A stretch of DNA of 64,000 bases, taken from NCBI GenBank assembly GCA_963733095.1, contig CAVTBV010000009.1, forward strand, positions 64,001 to 128,000. Direction: 5' to 3'. The first letter of the stretch is position 1, and every line of letters begins with the position of its first letter. A program made the position numbers and the translations under genes. Below, one piece after another: positions 58,822-64,000 of this stretch. Source of the stretch: Candidatus Bathyarchaeota archaeon (GTDB lineage: Archaea; Thermoproteota; Bathyarchaeia; Bathyarchaeales; Bathycorpusculaceae). Under the pieces are notes generated by a model. It was given only the letters and a program-made list of their open reading frames with translations, was not told where the DNA came from and did no database searches.

Positions 58822-59069
58822 TTCTTTTCATAAAAGGCTTATTCCTTGGTACTGAAGACAAATCCGATGTTGTTCTGAAGAAAAGGTTCCCTTGAATTCA
58901 ATTGCTATGACCTAACCATGAGAACAAATATTTGAGTAACCATAAATGGCTATTCAGGGTCTCTAAGGTAAGCGGTTTAGACGTCTGTATTGCGAATGAA
59001 GATCATTTCCTTGAGAGTAAGAAATGGGCGAGGAAGGAAAAAGAAGATGGAAGTTATCAATGAAATGCT

Positions 59070-59867
59070 TTAATTCGCAGTTATTAAGTTGTCTTTCAGT
59101 TTCGTTCTCCGTCTATAGGCCAAAATAGTTGCTGTAAGTATGAATGTGATGACGGCGGCTACTGCAGGTATTGTTACTTGGTCCAAGTTTATTGATTGTG
59201 GGTTTGCAGTTTGTTGATTGGGTGTTGGTTCAATTTCGGTATTGTTTAATAAAGGAGCAGTCAAGTTCGGAGTGGGGCTACTTGTCGCAGGTTCAGGACT
59301 GGGGGTTGAGACGGAAGTTGGCATAGGCGGATTTACCTTGCCATTGAAGTCGCTAAGTACACTTCTTGGTACGCCGCCGTCAACTGATATTGACACTGGG
59401 TCGAAAACGACATCATTGCTCATCGATATTGAGACAATCTGGGAAATCCACGATGCTCCATTGTATCCAGGTAACACTAATCGGAGCCCCTCAAGTAGTT
59501 GTTCACCGTTTTTTTGGTAAGCTATTATCGTTTGGGGCGAATTCGCTACCTGGATTGGTATAGCAATTGCATATGAGTCTGCGGCCACGAATTGTATTGA
59601 GATAACATCAGAACTGACTTCTGTTTGGTTTAGTAGGTATTTGAGTTGTATTCCTCCCCATTCGCCGTTTGTTACCAGATTGCCGTAGCAGTAGAGGTCA
59701 GCGTATACAGTTGTTTTTGGCATTCCAGCAAGTTGTTGATCTGTGAAGTTGTAGGTTGTGCCTGATAGGTTTGTTATTTTGAGAGTTTCAACTGCAGCTG
59801 AGACTGGAGTGAGTGTCGTAATCAATATTGCAGCTATTGCGAAGGTTAATGGGAATTTATATTTCAT
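59070..59867 (-). CDS. Surface molybdopterin-binding (sulfite-oxidase-like) domain protein
   Basis: LYC...W.GI.L..LL, F.AAD.Y, IIAY..NG, LRLVLPG..G..WI; signal peptide and C-terminal TM. Confidence 0.8.
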   Translation of the reverse strand: MKYKFPLTFAIAAILITTLTPVSAAVETLKITNLSGTTYNFTDQQLAGMPKTTVYADLYCYGNLVTNGEWGGIQLKYLLNQTEVSSDVISIQFVAADSYAIAIPIQVANSPQTIIAYQKNGEQLLEGLRLVLPGYNGASWISQIVSISMSNDVVFDPVSISVDGGVPRSVLSDFNGKVNPPMPTSVSTPSPEPATSSPTPNLTAPLLNNTEIEPTPNQQTANPQSINLDQVTIPAVAAVITFILTATILAYRRRTKLKDNLITAN

Positions 59868-60148
59868 CTAAACCGCTCTAATTATTATGTGACACACGTC
59901 ATATTCTTAAACTCTTCTCAAAACCAACAAGCCTAATACTCAAAAAGTTTTGCAGCAACTTCGGTAAATTATTGATTCTAGTCGGCGAAGTTCAATGTTG
60001 TATATTTGGTTATTGATCAAAAAGTCAATGGATTTTCTAAATTTCTAATTACTAAACCCATTTCAACATTATTTAATGACAAAGCAGGTGAACAGATTGG
60101 AAAAAGCTATGAACTTCCATTGTGAATTAGATGTAGAGGGACAACGTA

Positions 60149-60634
60149 TTGATAACAAAAATTCTTGTGGGTGTAGATGGTTCTAAAAACTCGGAAAAGG
60201 CTTTAGATTCAGCTCTTGAAATCGCTGACAAGTTTTCTGCCTCAGTTCTAATTCTCAACGTTTTCCAGCCACCTCCAGAATCTGGGTACCAGGCAAACGT
60301 GTTTTCGCAGTTTCCGACGTCTGGGTATCCTCAAGATACAATCGGTGACCAGTCGAATTTGTCCTCCTTTATCAACGACCTTCGAAAAATGCATGAAGTA
60401 GTTTTGTCCAAAGCCGCTGAAAGGGCAATTAAACTAAAACCAATGATTAAAATTACCACTGAACTCAAAGAAGGAAACACTTCGTCCCAGATAGTTGCAA
60501 CAGCTGCAAATGGCGGTTTTGACTTAATAGTTTTAGGCCATTTGGGGGAAAGTGAAATCAAGGAATTCCTTCTTGGTAGCACAAGCGAAAGAGTTGTCCA
60601 CCAAGCAAAATGCGCCGTGCTAATTGTCAAATGA
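60149..60634 (+). CDS. Universal stress protein
   Basis: ILVGVDGS, DLIVLG, LLGSTSERV...A.C.VLIVK. Confidence 0.93.
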   Translation: MITKILVGVDGSKNSEKALDSALEIADKFSASVLILNVFQPPPESGYQANVFSQFPTSGYPQDTIGDQSNLSSFINDLRKMHEVVLSKAAERAIKLKPMIKITTELKEGNTSSQIVATAANGGFDLIVLGHLGESEIKEFLLGSTSERVVHQAKCAVLIVK

Positions 60635-60686
60635 TTTGAACTGAAAATTTCAATAAAAAATAAAGTAGGAAGTTGAGGCAAATTAT

Positions 60687-61328
60687 CTGTTAAAGAAATT
60701 TAGTTTAACGGATAATCCGACGATTTTGTTTCAGGGCGACAGTATAACAATGCAGGGAGAAAAAAAACAATCATAACGAATCTCTTGGAGATGGATATGT
60801 TATGATGACAGCAGCATGGCTTTCTGCACTATTCCCAGAATATCATATAAAATTCTTGAATCGTGGGATTGGTGGAAATCGAGTTAGAGACCTTAAAGAA
60901 TCGCTGGAAAAAAGACTGTTTAGATCTAAGACCCAATTTAGTTTCAATATTGGTAGGTGTCAACGATATTAATTGGAAACCATCCACAAATGAGAGTTTC
61001 CGGTCATATTACACAAGTATTCTTGAGTAGACCCAGCAATCACACTGCCAAATAGTCCTTAGAACCATTCCTTGTTGAATCTAACAGCAGACTTGCCGAA
61101 CTTAAAGAAAAGTTAAACAAAAAAATAGATGTAGTCAGAGAATTATCCAGCGAATTTGAGAGGCTAAACTGATTCCGTTAAACGATATTTTCAAGAAAGC
61201 CTGCCTTAAAAGCGAACCTTCGTTTTGGTCGCTTGATGGAGCACCCAACTCTCGCAGGACGCGCTTTAATTGCACAATCATGGATCAAATACGTGGCGGA
61301 AGATCCGCAATGGATATCTGAATCTAGC
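60687..61328 (+). pseudogene. SGNH/GDSL hydrolase, multiply frameshifted
   Basis: ILFQGDSIT, LGDGYV, NRGIGGNRV.DL, SILVGVND and DG..P..AG..LIA..W blocks in shifting frames; ends approximate. Confidence 0.8.
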
Positions 61329-61518
61329 TAAATATTGTACTAATGCTGTCAGAAAGTTGTCTTAAGCCCGCGCGCGGAAAGTCGATTAAAGAAGAAATTT
61401 TTGGTTTTGGGCTCAATTTGGGCAGAATTTAGAAAATCACTAATAAGCTAATCAAACTGTTCTACACTAATTCCTCATAAATTAAGGCAAAAATCGTACA
61501 GTTGCACAGAAAAAGGAT

Positions 61519-62964
61519 TTGAAGTCAAAAATGTTACATCTGACAAGACGCAAAAAATTAATCCTGGCAGTAGTAATCGCTGCCGCAGCGATTCTGGGTC
61601 TTTCCAGTTTTTCGTCTATGGTTCATTCTGAAACTGCTGATACCACCCTTACTTTGCCATACACAATAAATACGTATGGTGCCGCATGGGCTGGCACTAT
61701 CGCTTTTGATGTGTCGGGGCCGGGAGATGCTGATTATTTGGTTGTTATGGACACCAACGGAACCGTGCTTAACATGCGTGAGTCCACGACTGCTTATGGT
61801 GGGTCTTCCTACAACATTGCCCCCGACACTTTGCTGTTTCAGGGCGAACCTCAAGTGAATAATGTTAGCTCTGCACCTGTCTTTGCAACCCATATCTGGA
61901 ACTTCGTAGATAACATCACACAGGATTTTCCCAACGTTGAAGGCCACCATGACATCCAATATGACCCAGACAACGACACTTTCCTTGTCTTGCAGGACTA
62001 TACCAGAGACATCAACGGCACATCCGTGCTCTTCGATAAGATTCTTCAACTCGACGCTGCAGGCAACACCCTGTGGAGCTGGGACACCTATGACCATATA
62101 CCTCTAAGTGAAGCTTCACCATTTAACGAAACCTCGACACTCAGTGACGGGCAAGTTGTGTCAGATTTTACTCATGCTAATACCCTTGACTGGGACTACA
62201 ACCAAGGCATTATTTACTTAAACATCCGCAACACCAACACATTCTACAAGATCGATCAAACCACAGGGGATATAATCTGGGCATGCGGTGAATTTGGCAA
62301 TTTTACTCTCCTCGATGACAGCGGCAACGCGGTTTCCAGTTTGTGGTACCACAGCCATGACGTCAAAGAAGTAGCTCCAGACGTTTTCACCATGTTTAAC
62401 AATGACTATAACAACAACACTAATCCTGATGACTGCCGAAGTAGCTTACTAGAGTTAACGCTTAACGAAACAAGCATGACGGCGTACGTGAACTGGAGCT
62501 GGGAAGCACCCAAACAATACTGGAACAGCTATGGAGGAGCAACCGTCATTTTACCCAACGGTGATTACCTTGGAGACTTCGGCGATCCCAACCACCAATT
62601 TACGCAAAACCAGTCTTGGGACTTCAACAACACGGGCGCTGTACTGGTTGAAGTGAACCCTGGAGGGCAAATTGTTAGAACCTGGACATTTCCAGTAGGC
62701 TGGTACAGCTACCGCGTCACGGCAGTAACCGACTTTACCCTTTCCCCTTATGCGAGTCCATCCCCAACTACCAACCCAACCACATCCCAGAACACACCAA
62801 CTCCAACAGCCTCGCCGACTCCAACCCAAGGGTCCAAGAATCCCTCCACAAACATCACTGACTATTCTGTTGCCGCAATCATCGCAATAGCAATAATGAT
62901 CGCATTAGCCGCTACCATCTATCTGCGAAAAATCAAACACAAAACCGCGTTAAGCAACAAATGA
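61519..62964 (+). CDS. Aryl-sulfate sulfotransferase-like surface protein
   Basis: HHDI, W.W...DH, DFTHAN, RN....KID..TG.I.W..G, HD, F.N; PT linker and TM anchor. Confidence 0.8.
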   Translation: MKSKMLHLTRRKKLILAVVIAAAAILGLSSFSSMVHSETADTTLTLPYTINTYGAAWAGTIAFDVSGPGDADYLVVMDTNGTVLNMRESTTAYGGSSYNIAPDTLLFQGEPQVNNVSSAPVFATHIWNFVDNITQDFPNVEGHHDIQYDPDNDTFLVLQDYTRDINGTSVLFDKILQLDAAGNTLWSWDTYDHIPLSEASPFNETSTLSDGQVVSDFTHANTLDWDYNQGIIYLNIRNTNTFYKIDQTTGDIIWACGEFGNFTLLDDSGNAVSSLWYHSHDVKEVAPDVFTMFNNDYNNNTNPDDCRSSLLELTLNETSMTAYVNWSWEAPKQYWNSYGGATVILPNGDYLGDFGDPNHQFTQNQSWDFNNTGAVLVEVNPGGQIVRTWTFPVGWYSYRVTAVTDFTLSPYASPSPTTNPTTSQNTPTPTASPTPTQGSKNPSTNITDYSVAAIIAIAIMIALAATIYLRKIKHKTALSNK

Positions 62965-63090
62965 TACCCTAAAACAATTCACTGGCACGGATCGTTGTTA
63001 AAACTCCAATTTTTATGAACATAAATCAAAAACAACGATAACAGCAGTCTCTACTTAATGCTTGAAAAATAAAAAAAGAGTTAAAAAAGG

Positions 63091-64000
63091 TCACTTATGG
63101 CGTTTTCTTAGCGCAACTGCGATGGCAGCAACGATTACCACAACTATGACTACTGCTGCGATTATGTAGTAGGTTGTGTAAGATACTCCCGTGCCTGTAC
63201 CGCTTCCGTTTTGTCCTAATGCATAGAATATGCCGTCGTAGGCGCCGAAGTAAGCAACTCCGTTAACGACTGCTGGTGAAGAGTAGATATTGTCATTGGT
63301 TTGGTAGCTCCAGATTTGGTCGCCATTTTGCGCATTGACTGCGTAGGCTGTGTTGCCCAACGTAGATGTTACGTATACCGTGTTGCCGATGACTGCTGGA
63401 CCCGTGGTTATTCCTTCGTTAGCTGTGAATGTCCATTTCTGTGCGCCCGTTGCTGCTTCTAATGCATAGAGTTTATGGTCAAAAGCGCCACCGGTGTAGA
63501 TTACGCCGTTGGCAAAAGCAGGCGAAGCCTGAACGCATTGGTCATAACCAGTTGAGACCTTCCAGACTAAAGCGCCGTTGTCAGCGTTTAACGCGTATGT
63601 GTTGTTATCAAAGCTGCCGATGAAAACTTTGCCGTCCGCTACAACAGGCGAGGACGCAACAACGCTTTCTGTTGCGAAACTCCATTTTTGGACACCCGTT
63701 GAAGCATCGACCGCATAAGTGTTGTTATCATATGAACCAAAATACACAACACCGTTCACAACCGCGGGAGCAGAGGTAACGAATCCACCTGTGGTAAAAT
63801 TCCAAATGGGCATTCCAGAAGTCTCGTCTATTGCCCAAAGTTTGTTGTCGTTTGAACCTGCATAGACTACGCCATTTGCAATCGTTGGGGGACCTTCAGC
63901 ATCGCTGCCGGTAATGCATTTCCAAACTTGGTCGCCCGTGGTGGCATTCAATGCATAGATGGCGTGGTCGTCTGAACCGACAAAAACCAGACCGTCAGCA
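63091..64000 (-). CDS. PQQ-like beta-propeller surface protein, 5' part outside window
   Basis: Repeated SSP.V..G.VY.GS.D...YA.NA..G...W; C-terminal TM + RKRHK. Confidence 0.9.
   Translation of the reverse strand, partial: ADGLVFVGSDDHAIYALNATTGDQVWKCITGSDAEGPPTIANGVVYAGSNDNKLWAIDETSGMPIWNFTTGGFVTSAPAVVNGVVYFGSYDNNTYAVDASTGVQKWSFATESVVASSPVVADGKVFIGSFDNNTYALNADNGALVWKVSTGYDQCVQASPAFANGVIYTGGAFDHKLYALEAATGAQKWTFTANEGITTGPAVIGNTVYVTSTLGNTAYAVNAQNGDQIWSYQTNDNIYSSPAVVNGVAYFGAYDGIFYALGQNGSGTGTGVSYTTYYIIAAVVIVVVIVAAIAVALRKRHK

Overview
Archaeal DNA, most likely Bathyarchaeia. This is an inference from the archaeal-type tRNAs, PAC2, DUF120 riboflavin kinase, Zn-ferredoxin, thaumarchaeal-style HisG and many PQQ-like beta-propeller surface proteins. 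About 1-39.9 kb is housekeeping-like: a copper ATPase/YHS pair, a large oxidative-stress/thiol-redox cluster (PDO, FprA, rubrerythrin, SOD, Zn-ferredoxin, disulfide reductase, Grx, FTR-like, Nth, Prx) with an embedded AEP primase-like gene, tRNA-iMet, hisGDCBHAFI, AmrS, CofE-like, AcdA, RibK, CoADR-like/GcvH, Ino1, ferritin, three flavodoxins, two tandem signal peptidases, MFS/ABC and GT39. About 40-64 kb is an accessory island of surface proteins, small regulators and pseudogenes, with tRNA-Val(TAC) and one tyrosine integrase. Two signals stand out. (1) At least five same-strand copies of a composite site (A-tract, then CGGGTGATAT-like motif, then about 21 nt, then a tRNA T-loop and tRNA 3' end) are fused to at least two different tRNA 3' ends, with a tRNA-less copy just upstream of the integrase. 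(2) A ~4 kb unit between two such sites carries the integrase, an AbiV-like HEPN gene, a ~400-nt multi-hairpin non-coding region, two tiny AbrB-like ORFs and a PEF-CTERM protein. All calls were made by eye; no database searches were run.
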